Shown: one piece after another, positions 25,315 through 34,272 of the stretch
How the letters are laid out: each line of letters begins with the position of its first letter
How positions within the stretch are numbered: position 1 is the stretch's first letter
Position numbers and translations under genes: made by a program
DNA from: a virus
Length of the DNA: 41,156 nt
Reading direction: 5' to 3' (one strand)
IMG/VR virus record: IMGVR_UViG_3300010429_001127
Notes under the pieces: generated by a model
Seen by the model: the letters and a program-made list of their open reading frames with translations, nothing else
The model's database searches: none
Told to the model about the DNA's origin: nothing

Positions 25315-27818
25315 GATTCGGGTTCCTCCTCCTTCTTTTTCGGCTTCCTGCTCGCGCTGCGTTTCTTCTCTGGCTTCTCCCCGATCAGGTGCTGCGTAGG
25401 GCAGTAATTCTGCTCGGTGAGTTTCTTGCCGGTCTTCGTGCAGATCCCGCCTTCCCAGTCAAGGGAGGGGCAGTTCCGGATCGTGCTGCACCAGGTGATG
25501 TTCGGGATCTTGTCCGCTTTTGAGATCCATGCCTCGCACTTCGTCCGGGCCGTCTCCTCCATCAGGACCTTGGCGCTCTTGTCGCCGCCTTTGAACAGCA
25601 GCTCGCCGAGCCGTGGGCAGGTCTCATGGAAGGTCTTCCTGCCCTTATGGTGCCCGCAGGTGCCGCAGGAGCCCGGAGTCGGACCGCCGCTCTTGACTGG
25701 TTGCTCCTTCGCGGCCTCAAAAATGAATTTGAAAACTCCGGTGTCGAGCTGCGAATCTATCTGCAGAAGGGAGCGGCCGATCTTGACGTACTCCGGGTTA
25801 ATCTCAATACCGACAGAGGAACGGCCCATATCTCGCGCCTTCCGTGTGACCGTACCGGTTCCCCAGAATGGATCCAGCACAACACAGGGAACGGGATCCC
25901 CGGCATTGCATTCACAGGTCGGTTTCCAGCCTTTGAACTCGCGCCGGTATCCTTTCGTCGGTGCCCCGCATATCGCCCCGATCACATCGTCTTGTTCATG
26001 CGGGGTCCATGAACCCTGACCAATGGATCCGCCGCTTGTCTCGATGATGCGCCGGTATGGTGCGCCGCATTTCGGGCAGCAGCCATACTCGCTTGTACCG
26101 GCCGCAATGCATCGGCGTGGGATCTCATCGGGGAATGTTGCGAAATGCGCCTCCGGGCGGGCCTGCGTTGCGATGGTCCATACCGTGCGGGCGTTCCGGG
26201 TGATGCCATCACAAATCGGCTGCCCGTCAGATCCGAGATCTCCGGAATGGTTCGATAGGCTCTTCGACCTCGCAGCAATCTTGTTTTTATACCGTTCGTT
26301 GAACCCGGTATATGTCGGATTCCCTGTCAGGTCTTGTTTTCTGATCGTCTTCTTCTCGGGGCTCGCCCATGTTGCGAGTGAAAAGGACCGGTTCTGCCGG
26401 ATACCATTGCCCGGTGCGGTGACTTTCGGGAGCGGCCCTTTGTAGTTCCCGTGCGGATGGGCGTTGCCGGATACTGGTTCCCGGGCACCATCGGCGTCAT
26501 AGAAATATTTCCCGTTCTTTGTGAGCAGGAAAATATACTCATGGCTCTTGGTCGGGCGATCCGTGACGCTCTCCGGCATCGGGTTCGGCTTCGACCAGAC
26601 AATGTCAGAGCGGAGATACCAGCCATCATCCTGCAGGGCGAGGGCGACGCGCCACGGCACGCCCATCATATCTTTTGATTTCAGGCCGTCGGGGACCTCC
26701 GTCCCCGGATCATGGAATCCCTGCCGTTTTGTCTGGTCGCCGATACCGTTCTTTCCGGTCGGTCCTTTCCCGCTGCCCGCGTAACAGTCTCCGATATTGA
26801 GGAACACCGTGCCGTCATCCCGGAGGACCCGCCGGACCTCCCGGAATACCTTAACGATCTTATCAAGATATTCCGTAAGTGAATCCTCGAGGCCGATCTG
26901 CCCATCAATCCCATAATTCCGGAGCTGGTAATAGGGAATGCTCGTGATCACGCACTGGATGAGGCCGGACGGGATCCGCTGGAGGCCGTCCATAACATCG
27001 CCCTGAATGATCCGGTGGACCATCGCTGCAGGGGGCTGCGATGCTTCGGTGTCGGGATTCTCCGGGGGGGCAGCCTTGATTTGTCGGGATTTTGTCGGGA
27101 TTGCTGGGGCCGGGGATGGTGGACATGCCGGTTCCTGCGCTGGTGGCGAGGCCGGGGCCGGCAGCAGCTTCGCGGGGATCCGCCAGAGCGGGCAGACCGG
27201 CAGGTCCGCGAGCGGGACCTTGATCACCGGGCAGGTGGTTTCGCCGATCCCGCAGCGCTTGACACCGTCCGGGCAGAACTCGCCTCCGCATTTGAGCGGG
27301 GTGATCGTGTATCGATCGCGGTCCTGGACGATCTCCTGCAGGGCCTTGAGCTGGTGCTCCTGGTCCGGGTTCCCGAGAACATGGCAGAAGCAATATCCGC
27401 CGAGGCTCTGGCCGAGGATGTCGCCGGTGAAAGCGCACTTCCAGATGGTGCCCGTCTTCTTCTCGTATTGCCCCGCGCCGGTCTTACTGAACTTCTCCCC
27501 GATCTCGGAGAATTTATACGGACAGGTTGCCGGGCAGTTCTTCGGCCCGGGGACCTTGCTTTCATATTTCTGATCCTCGTCTCCGCGCAGATGCCAACCT
27601 CCGGTGTGGAGGAGGACCCACGGATCGATCGCGGGGTCCTGGATGCAGCAGGGCAGCGTGCCGGGCATGGTGTTGAATACCTGACATCGCTCCTGTGCGT
27701 CCTCTGGGTATGCCGTGTCCTCGTTCTTCCGGAGCTGGGGGCATTTCCGTTCCCGGCAGTTCTTAATTCCCCACTTCTTTTCCTTCGGGAGTTCTTTTCC
27801 CATGCAGGAGGAGCTCAT
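25311..27818 (-). CDS. N4C/N6A DNA methyltransferase (beta class) with Cys-rich N- and C-terminal extensions
   Basis: IIQGDV, TSIPY (motif IV variant), WSKPNPMPES, HFATFP, VLDPFWGTGT, GIEINPEY. Confidence 0.9.
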   Translation of the reverse strand: MSSSCMGKELPKEKKWGIKNCRERKCPQLRKNEDTAYPEDAQERCQVFNTMPGTLPCCIQDPAIDPWVLLHTGGWHLRGDEDQKYESKVPGPKNCPATCPYKFSEIGEKFSKTGAGQYEKKTGTIWKCAFTGDILGQSLGGYCFCHVLGNPDQEHQLKALQEIVQDRDRYTITPLKCGGEFCPDGVKRCGIGETTCPVIKVPLADLPVCPLWRIPAKLLPAPASPPAQEPACPPSPAPAIPTKSRQIKAAPPENPDTEASQPPAAMVHRIIQGDVMDGLQRIPSGLIQCVITSIPYYQLRNYGIDGQIGLEDSLTEYLDKIVKVFREVRRVLRDDGTVFLNIGDCYAGSGKGPTGKNGIGDQTKRQGFHDPGTEVPDGLKSKDMMGVPWRVALALQDDGWYLRSDIVWSKPNPMPESVTDRPTKSHEYIFLLTKNGKYFYDADGAREPVSGNAHPHGNYKGPLPKVTAPGNGIRQNRSFSLATWASPEKKTIRKQDLTGNPTYTGFNERYKNKIAARSKSLSNHSGDLGSDGQPICDGITRNARTVWTIATQARPEAHFATFPDEIPRRCIAAGTSEYGCCPKCGAPYRRIIETSGGSIGQGSWTPHEQDDVIGAICGAPTKGYRREFKGWKPTCECNAGDPVPCVVLDPFWGTGTVTRKARDMGRSSVGIEINPEYVKIGRSLLQIDSQLDTGVFKFIFEAAKEQPVKSGGPTPGSCGTCGHHKGRKTFHETCPRLGELLFKGGDKSAKVLMEETARTKCEAWISKADKIPNITWCSTIRNCPSLDWEGGICTKTGKKLTEQNYCPTQHLIGEKPEKKRSASRKPKKKEEEPES

Positions 27819-28144
27819 GGCGTACCCCCCGCCGCGCTCAGCTGGCCGCTTTCCTGCGGGCTGCCGGTACTGAGTGGCCGGGCAAACGACCGGTTGCCAT
27901 TCCGGTTATGCCGCGCACCGCTGTAAGCTGTGAATCCCAGCCGGAGCAGCGCACAGGAGATCTCCATCTTGGCGATCCGGTCGGTCCTCCTTGCCAGCTC
28001 CGGGAAGTCTGCCGGGTGGTCCCTGACCCATATCAGCAGCGGCATGGTGCTGACGTATGTCTTCTCTGCCGGGTAAGCGGCTGCCTGGAGCGCGAGGACT
28101 TCTTTGTCGACCGTTGATTTGTGCGGGGATGCAGTGGTTAGCAT
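27815..28144 (-). CDS. Hypothetical protein
   Basis: Likely start ATG 28144; coupled to the MTase start. Confidence 0.55.
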   Translation of the reverse strand: MLTTASPHKSTVDKEVLALQAAAYPAEKTYVSTMPLLIWVRDHPADFPELARRTDRIAKMEISCALLRLGFTAYSGARHNRNGNRSFARPLSTGSPQESGQLSAAGGTP

Positions 28145-28656
28145 GCGACCATCGCCTCCCGGCCCACGAACCCGGTACACTCCCGGGCCCGGCGCCACGA
28201 GTAATTACAGGTGCCGCCGTTCCTGCAGCCCTGGTATTTCTCCCTGCGCTGACAGGGGTGGTGGACCGCGGCCTTCCGCCCGTGGTGGACCCGCTTGTGG
28301 TGCGACTTCTTGCCGCCGCGGCAATGCCAGCACTTCTCGGCGCCGGGCTTCATATAGTGCCGCTTGCACACCGGGCAGATCACGAACCCGCGCCGGTACA
28401 TCCAGTGGCATTTCCCACAGGCCGGCGTGCCGTTCTCGTCGAGGTTGTAGTATGCCTCCTTGCTGTGATAGGACCGCGGATCGTCGTGATGCGCGAGGGT
28501 TGCCGGGCGCCCGCAGTACTCGCAGATGGGGTTCTTCAGCAGGAACTCGGCTTCGATTGCCTGATACTCAGGATCTGCCCACCATGCTGCGGTCTGCTGC
28601 TTGTGGAGTTCGGCAGCGATGGCGCCGGGGTTGGTGGTCGTGATGGGGCTGATCAT
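28138..28656 (-). CDS. HNH-endonuclease-like zinc-finger protein
   Basis: CEYC...AHH...N....CGKCH plus further CxxC pairs; start ATG 28656. Confidence 0.7.
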   Translation of the reverse strand: MISPITTTNPGAIAAELHKQQTAAWWADPEYQAIEAEFLLKNPICEYCGRPATLAHHDDPRSYHSKEAYYNLDENGTPACGKCHWMYRRGFVICPVCKRHYMKPGAEKCWHCRGGKKSHHKRVHHGRKAAVHHPCQRREKYQGCRNGGTCNYSWRRARECTGFVGREAMVAC

Positions 28657-28754
28657 GGGTGCGTCAGCCTCCACGCTACCGCGCCGGTGATGATCAGCAG
28701 GATGACGAGCCCGACCAGGAGCCGGACACGCCAGATGAGGTCGGAGCGCATCAT
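28653..28754 (-). CDS. 33-aa single-pass membrane protein
   Basis: MMRSDLIWRVRLLVGLVILLIITGAVAWRLTHP; coupled at both ends. Confidence 0.5.
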   Translation of the reverse strand: MMRSDLIWRVRLLVGLVILLIITGAVAWRLTHP

Positions 28755-28963
28755 AGGACCGGCCGCCCCCGTGCACTCTTCAGGTACGGGAGATCGCGCC
28801 GCCCCTTCGGGACCCGCATATCCGGGCGGCAATCGGTGACCCGGGCGCACGGGATCCCGGCAACCTCGCAATAGTCTTCCTTCAGCTCCGGGTACTTCGG
28901 CACCCTCACGAGGTGGTGATGGCCGCACCGCAGGCAGTACCGGCGGATTTCACTGGTATGCAT
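28751..28963 (-). CDS. Small Cys-rich protein
   Basis: CLRCGHHH...C...C...C. Confidence 0.5.
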   Translation of the reverse strand: MHTSEIRRYCLRCGHHHLVRVPKYPELKEDYCEVAGIPCARVTDCRPDMRVPKGRRDLPYLKSARGRPVL

Positions 28964-28966
28964 TGA

Positions 28967-29464
28967 TTAACCCTCCATGACGATGGCCGCCACAATCGGG
29001 TACAGATCCTTCCATTGGAGGTCCTGCCGGGTGGCGATGCTTACTTCATCTGCGAGATCCTCGCGCTTCCGGGACCAGCACATATGATCGCGGTCCCGCA
29101 GGTACTCCCGCTTGAATTCGAGCTTCCGGACTGCTTCCCGGGTGGCCTGTTCGATGGCTGCCCGTTTCTCTGCCTCTTGTCGTTCCCGATCCGCCTTCCG
29201 GGTTTCCTCATCCTGGATGATCTTCCGCTGTGACATTTTTTCACGGCGGATCTTATCGGCAAGCTCCCGGGCCTTCTGCCGGATTGAGGTTTCAGGAAGA
29301 TCGTCACCTTCGAGAATGAACTCCTCAAGCATCTGGTTGACGAAGGCGGAGAGCATCCGCTTATTGCCAGTCATTGCGGTGAGCTTACGGGTGGCGAGAA
29401 AAACGACCTCTTGATCGAGGTAGAGGTTTGTCTGCTTGAAATTGATATCCTTCAGGGGGAGCAC
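28967..29464 (-). CDS. Putative DNA-binding protein (RHH-like N-terminus + coiled coil)
   Basis: TNLYLDQEV...LSAFVNQMLEEFI. Confidence 0.55.
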   Translation of the reverse strand: MLPLKDINFKQTNLYLDQEVVFLATRKLTAMTGNKRMLSAFVNQMLEEFILEGDDLPETSIRQKARELADKIRREKMSQRKIIQDEETRKADRERQEAEKRAAIEQATREAVRKLEFKREYLRDRDHMCWSRKREDLADEVSIATRQDLQWKDLYPIVAAIVMEG

Positions 29465-29493
29465 CCCCGCTGGATTTTCTTTCCTGAAATGGA

Positions 29494-29510
29494 ATTATAT
29501 AATATAATAT
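29494..29510. promoter_or_regulatory. AT-only palindrome ATTATATA-A-TATATAAT
   Basis: Perfect 8-bp inverted repeat in a strongly AT-rich patch. Confidence 0.45.
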
Positions 29511-29546
29511 AATCTTTTTTCTTAGTAGTAGTAGGAGGTGCAGGGA

Positions 29547-30686
29547 TCATTCATCCTCCCCCGCGCTCGTCAGGAACCAGTTCGCCGCTTTCTTCAGGAA
29601 GTCCGCCCGGGTCCGGATACCCTCGTATCGCGCCTGGATGAGTTCATCCACCATCCTGACCTCTTTCTCGGTGAAGAACCCGGACCGTTCGATCAGGTCA
29701 TCGGCGCACTTGTTCAGCTCCTCGCAGGTCATCGGGGTTTTGACAATCCGGATGCCGCCGGGCCTGATGATCTTCGCGCCATCGAGCCGGGCGCTCGCTA
29801 CGGCTGCCTGACCTTCCGGTGAGGCAAGATACTGCCGGCGAAGTACCGGACACTCTTTCTGGTTCACGATGAGGTTGCCGCTGCCGGCGCACTTGTTCCC
29901 CAGGACCTGCTGTTTGACCAGAAGATCGGTGGGTCCTGGGCACGGTTTGCCGGCCTTGCAGGGAGGTGTAAAGTCCGGGGCGGGCGGCAGGGTGGTTGCG
30001 GTCGTGAATGCCGGCTGGTTCTTTGCAGCTTCTGCGATCTCCTGTCTCCGGGCCTGCTCCTGATCGATCTGCGTTACGGTTTTGGGAGGATCGACCGGCT
30101 CGCCATCATGGAGCGGCGCGAAGAAGTGCTCGGGTTTCGCTGGCTCCGGATCCTTTTTTCCGATCTTGTCGGTTTTCATGCGCGAAACGGTGCCATGCTT
30201 AGTTGCATAGGTGCGCGTTTTCGTCGGTGGCTCTGAATCCTCACTACCGGATTTCCGGTAGTGAGAACGGTACTTTGACACGGTTTCCGGGTGGACGTTG
30301 CAGACTTCCGCGATCTTGTTGTCCGACCATTTCGACCATTCCTTGTCATTCAGCAGGCGCTCGACAGCCCGGCGTTTGTCCTCATTCGTCCTGCGGAGAC
30401 CATGGGTAGCATTGACGCCGGAAGCAAACAGGATCGCGTCCCGCATCTTACCCTCGTGGATGTTACAGAGCACCTTCTTGATGCCGGAGGATTGTGCAGC
30501 CAAGAGCCGGTGATACCCATCCACTAAGACATACTCACCGTCAACCCGGAAGACTTCCAGCGGCGGGAATTTACCGCCCGCCTTCATGCTCTCCGAGTAC
30601 TCATCAACGACCGCCATGTGCATGTTTACGCGGGGCTGCGTTGCGGCATCTTGTTTGATCTGCCCGATTGGGATAAGCTCTGTCAT
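29547..30686 (-). CDS. ParB/Srx-like N-terminal domain protein with HTH and Cys4 module
   Basis: PPLEVF...LVDGYHRLLA, NATHGLR, WSDNKIAEVCNVHPETV. Confidence 0.85.
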   Translation of the reverse strand: MTELIPIGQIKQDAATQPRVNMHMAVVDEYSESMKAGGKFPPLEVFRVDGEYVLVDGYHRLLAAQSSGIKKVLCNIHEGKMRDAILFASGVNATHGLRRTNEDKRRAVERLLNDKEWSKWSDNKIAEVCNVHPETVSKYRSHYRKSGSEDSEPPTKTRTYATKHGTVSRMKTDKIGKKDPEPAKPEHFFAPLHDGEPVDPPKTVTQIDQEQARRQEIAEAAKNQPAFTTATTLPPAPDFTPPCKAGKPCPGPTDLLVKQQVLGNKCAGSGNLIVNQKECPVLRRQYLASPEGQAAVASARLDGAKIIRPGGIRIVKTPMTCEELNKCADDLIERSGFFTEKEVRMVDELIQARYEGIRTRADFLKKAANWFLTSAGEDE

Positions 30687-30850
30687 GGACAGCCCGCCTC
30701 CCGCAGCCTGATGGCCCGGTGTTCATACAGCACCGGTACCGGCAGATCATAGATCGTCTGTACGTTATGCCGGGCCAGCTCCGCCCGGAGATCCTGCGAA
30801 CGTTCCCGGGCCGGGACCATCCGCTCAAGCATGCGTTTTCGCTTGCCCAT
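30683..30850 (-). CDS. Small hypothetical protein (55 aa)
   Basis: Not in ORF track; MGKRKRMLERM...; stop overlaps the ParB start. Confidence 0.5.
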   Translation of the reverse strand: MGKRKRMLERMVPARERSQDLRAELARHNVQTIYDLPVPVLYEHRAIRLREAGCP

Positions 30851-30856
30851 GCCGGA

Positions 30857-31039
30857 TCACACTCTCTTGCTATCTGCTGTCAGATCCCCGTGTTCGACCC
30901 AGACCAGTCTTTTGCACTTCACACATTGCCAGAGCGATCCTTTGCTGATTATCTCGCCACCCGCTGAGATTATCGAATGCTCGTGGGTTCGGCAGATCTT
31001 CTCAAATTCGTGTCCGCAACATTCTTTACATATTGCCAT
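30857..31039 (-). CDS. Zinc-ribbon protein
   Basis: CKECC...WQCVKC. Confidence 0.55.
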   Translation of the reverse strand: MAICKECCGHEFEKICRTHEHSIISAGGEIISKGSLWQCVKCKRLVWVEHGDLTADSKRV

Positions 31040-31045
31040 GCCGGA

Positions 31046-31849
31046 TCACCCCTCGACCGGTGCAGACAACGCCGGGTATCCCGTCTCCGGCTGTCGCTTC
31101 AGGCCGGATGCAAAGAGGATCGATTCCCGCCACCGGATCCTGATCTCCCGGTGCCCGCTGGTCGCTTCGAACCAGTACTCCTCACCGAACTCATCGCCCT
31201 TCGGCTGCAGCCGCCAGACCGGGCCTTCCGGGTACTGGTAGCCGTGATTATACAGGTACGAGTTGACCTCCCGGGCATTCAGGCCGCAGCGCTCTCCCAG
31301 CTGTGTAGGATTCAGCCAGGTGCCGCCCTCTCCATGGATGAGACACGGTGCCTTGAGCGCCTCGATGTATTCCGGCATGCCGCACTTTTTCAATGCAACC
31401 GCCTGGAACGCTTTCAGGTCGCCGCCAGTCAATCCGGCGAGGTTCCGGGCACGGTTCATCTCCGCCTCGATGGTCAGGACTGCCGGGCCAAGGGAAGGTG
31501 CCGCCGTCTCCCGGTCAGCGTCCATTTTCTCGAGGGCGATCTTCCGGAGATCCAGCAGCTGGTCCAGGGGCAGCTTGGATTTTGACGGATGGATGATCAG
31601 GAACAGGTAATCAACACCGGTCCGGTTCAGGCAGAGGAATTGCTGCTGCCCGCCGGGGGTCGGAAGGGATACGTAGGTTTTGTAAGGGCTCATTTTTTCC
31701 TTGAACCCCTCTATCGCGCTGTCGATCCCGCTCCGGCTGTACCCGATCATCTTGGCGATATCGAGTACCGGGATGACCGGCCCGATCGGGGAGTCCGCAA
31801 TCCGGAGCCAGCTCTCCATGCCTTCGGGTTTGAGGATCCGGACGGTCAC
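31046..31849 (-). CDS. Antirepressor-like protein (BRO-N-like + KilA-C/ANT-like)
   Basis: GTGA-coupled start 31849; VLDIAKMIGY, TPGGQQQFLCLN, NPTQLGER...AREVNSYL. Confidence 0.75.
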   Translation of the reverse strand: MTVRILKPEGMESWLRIADSPIGPVIPVLDIAKMIGYSRSGIDSAIEGFKEKMSPYKTYVSLPTPGGQQQFLCLNRTGVDYLFLIIHPSKSKLPLDQLLDLRKIALEKMDADRETAAPSLGPAVLTIEAEMNRARNLAGLTGGDLKAFQAVALKKCGMPEYIEALKAPCLIHGEGGTWLNPTQLGERCGLNAREVNSYLYNHGYQYPEGPVWRLQPKGDEFGEEYWFEATSGHREIRIRWRESILFASGLKRQPETGYPALSAPVEG

Positions 31850-32910
31850 GCGCCCACCTTCGCGAGGTTGCTGCGGTTGATCCATTCCATACCATTGTCG
31901 AATGAGACAAGCACTTCCGGCTGTCCCTGCGGGATGCGCTTGATCCTACCGGTGCCTTGGAAAATGACCGGGTGGCCGGTATGCCGGACCGTATCTCCAA
32001 TCCTGAAGGAGCCGTCGTCCGATGGCGTCGGAGACGGTGCAGGTTGCGCGATCGCTTCCAGGGCTTCCCGTGCCTCCTCTGCAAGCGTTTTATCATCCGG
32101 GGTGCCCATCGATTCGAACGTGGTCCCGCCGTTCTCGGTGTCGACCGAATATTCCTGCCCGACTGCCGGACCGGGTGGAACTACGTTTTCCGCCGTTTTC
32201 TGCACCTTGGCGTCTTTTTTCTTCTGCTTCGCTTCCTTCTTCGCCTGCCGGTCGATGGCATACCACTTCATGCCGACGGCGTTATCGTTCCGCTTGCTGT
32301 CAGGGAATGCCGCCCGGTACGCCTTGACGGCGGTCTCCCGGTCCTTGATTTCTGCGACGGCCTTGATCTCGTCCGGGCTCCACTTGCCATTCTCCATATG
32401 GGCACCGCCTCTCTTCTCCCGTGGCTCTGGCTTCTTCGCCTTGGCTTTGATGATCTGCCGTGCGGTGGGCTTCTTCCCCGGAAGTTCCTCCCGGGCCTTC
32501 GCGGCCTGCCGGTCCGCCTCCTTTTCAGTTTCGGTCAGGAGGTCGCCCGATATACCCCCGGGCGGTGTATCCTTCGGAACCTCGTGGTACTGGTCCCACC
32601 ACCGGGTCACCGTTGACTTGCCCCGGCTACTGTTCGGGAACGCTGCCTGATACCGCGTCCATGCGTCCTCCTTCGACTGTGCCACCCTGACGACGTCCTT
32701 CTCCGCGTCGCTCCAGGGCACCATCACGAAATGCTTTGGCGTCGTCGATGTCCGCTGCGGTGCTGCAACCCTCGCGAGAAACAGGTCGATCTCCTTCTCA
32801 ACATGACGGGCGTCGGTCTGTGTGATCCCCTCGACAGAGAAGCCGAAGGAGACAGTGGCCTTGCCGTCCTTGATTTGCGTATCCCGGTTTGCGTTGTAGG
32901 TTTCGATCAT
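31846..32910 (-). CDS. Protein with two Myb/SANT-like repeats and a C-terminal SH3-like domain
   Basis: WSDAEK...AAFPNSSR...RWW and WSPDEIK...AAFPDSKR...KWY; FRIGDTVRH. Confidence 0.65.
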   Translation of the reverse strand: MIETYNANRDTQIKDGKATVSFGFSVEGITQTDARHVEKEIDLFLARVAAPQRTSTTPKHFVMVPWSDAEKDVVRVAQSKEDAWTRYQAAFPNSSRGKSTVTRWWDQYHEVPKDTPPGGISGDLLTETEKEADRQAAKAREELPGKKPTARQIIKAKAKKPEPREKRGGAHMENGKWSPDEIKAVAEIKDRETAVKAYRAAFPDSKRNDNAVGMKWYAIDRQAKKEAKQKKKDAKVQKTAENVVPPGPAVGQEYSVDTENGGTTFESMGTPDDKTLAEEAREALEAIAQPAPSPTPSDDGSFRIGDTVRHTGHPVIFQGTGRIKRIPQGQPEVLVSFDNGMEWINRSNLAKVGA

Positions 32911-32928
32911 GCGAAAAATTCCACCCTT

Positions 32929-33081
32929 TCAGTCATCCAATTCGACAAAATAGGCAGCCGCGGTCATCCCGCGGTTGAGATCGTTCGCGAGTTCTTCCGC
33001 ATCCTTCAGAGCGACCGGGGTGCTATGCAGGTATCGGATTACCTGCCCGTTCACGGTCGCTCCGAGGTAAACAGGGGGCAT
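32929..33081 (-). CDS. Small hypothetical protein (50 aa)
   Basis: Not in ORF track; coupled to the PCNA-2 stop; MPPVYLGATVNG... Confidence 0.45.
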   Translation of the reverse strand: MPPVYLGATVNGQVIRYLHSTPVALKDAEELANDLNRGMTAAAYFVELDD

Positions 33082-33869
33082 CACAACCACCCCGCAGTAT
33101 CAGTCAGCGTATCATCGGATTCTATTCGGGGGGCGAGCGCATATGCAACAGTCAGCCCCGGCGCCATCGCTGCCGTTATCCGGATCGGATGGTCGGTGCC
33201 CATCTCGACCGATAACTGGTGCCCGGCAAGCACCCGAGAAAGGTCTTTCAGGTAGTCGAGGCTGAACAGGGATGCCGCGATTGCGGAACCACCACAGATC
33301 GCGATCGGGATCTTGCACTGGGTCCGGGTGTCGCCCATCGCCGCCATGGTGACGACCCCGGTCTTGAGGACCTCAATCCGGCACTTATCAGAAAAGACGC
33401 CGCAGATCCGGACGGCCCGGGCGAAGTCATCACCGCTGCAAGAGAATACCGCGGGGAGATCGGCTTTGAACCCGACCGTATCTTTCCTTATGGTCGTTTC
33501 GTCAAGCGTCTCGATACGGTACCGGTCCTTCCCGATTCCGTCGATATCAAGATAGGGGCGGACCGGATCCCTCCCGGCGCTCCATGAGAGGGTCACGGTG
33601 CCTTCCGGTGCCGGCTCTCCTTCCGTGATGCACCGGAGCGCCGAATCGAGCTGCGCGATGTCCAGGCCGAGGACTGCGCTGCCCGGGTAACCCTGGACCG
33701 CCATCCTGATATCGATCAGGCCAACATTCGCAGAATCAACGGTGAAGACCCGGGCCTCCCCATCTTTGATGTGGACGCGGCACTCACAGACCAGCGCTGC
33801 GAGGGCCCGGGTAAATTTTAGCAGCATCGGGTAGCCGATGGTGAATGAGCCGGGGTTGAAGGCGGGCAT
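33081..33869 (-). CDS. pcn: PCNA sliding clamp, paralogue 2 (divergent)
   Basis: FTVDSANVGLI, SLFSLDYLKDL, DHPIRI, YALAPRIE. Confidence 0.9.
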   Translation of the reverse strand: MPAFNPGSFTIGYPMLLKFTRALAALVCECRVHIKDGEARVFTVDSANVGLIDIRMAVQGYPGSAVLGLDIAQLDSALRCITEGEPAPEGTVTLSWSAGRDPVRPYLDIDGIGKDRYRIETLDETTIRKDTVGFKADLPAVFSCSGDDFARAVRICGVFSDKCRIEVLKTGVVTMAAMGDTRTQCKIPIAICGGSAIAASLFSLDYLKDLSRVLAGHQLSVEMGTDHPIRITAAMAPGLTVAYALAPRIESDDTLTDTAGWL

Positions 33870-33870
33870 C

Positions 33871-34272
33871 TCACAGCACCTCCTTCAGTGCCATGCGGAT
33901 GGCCGCGTTCTGGCGCTCCAGCCCTTTGCAAGTCTCCCTCAAGAATAGGTTACCGATCTCCAGTTTGCGGTGCTCCTTTGCCGTGTTCTGGATGGCCTCG
34001 GAGAGAAATTCACGATATTTTCCCTCGACCTCTTTTTCCTTTTCCAGTCGGGCTTTGAGTTCGAGGACCTCGCCGCCGAGCTGCTTGCATATCTCCCGCA
34101 GCTTGTCGCTCTCTCCTGCCTGCTGCTCAAGGGTTGCGATCTTCTCGGTCAGGGAGGCGATCTCAGCTCCGAACTGATTCCGTTCTTCCAGCACCCGGTC
34201 GAGCTCTCCCTGCGAGACTTCCAGATTCTTTCGGAGCTCGACCTCGAATCGGTTAGGCTTATGCGGGGGCAT
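33871..34272 (-). CDS. Coiled-coil protein
   Basis: Start at 34272 or GTG 34275; heptad pattern throughout. Confidence 0.65.
   Translation of the reverse strand: MPPHKPNRFEVELRKNLEVSQGELDRVLEERNQFGAEIASLTEKIATLEQQAGESDKLREICKQLGGEVLELKARLEKEKEVEGKYREFLSEAIQNTAKEHRKLEIGNLFLRETCKGLERQNAAIRMALKEVL

Noticed and set aside
25900-26500. Intein in the methyltransferase
   Set aside because: No C/S...HN-C/S/T splice motifs or LAGLIDADG blocks seen; the inserts look like variable TRD and Cys-cluster regions of phage MTases.
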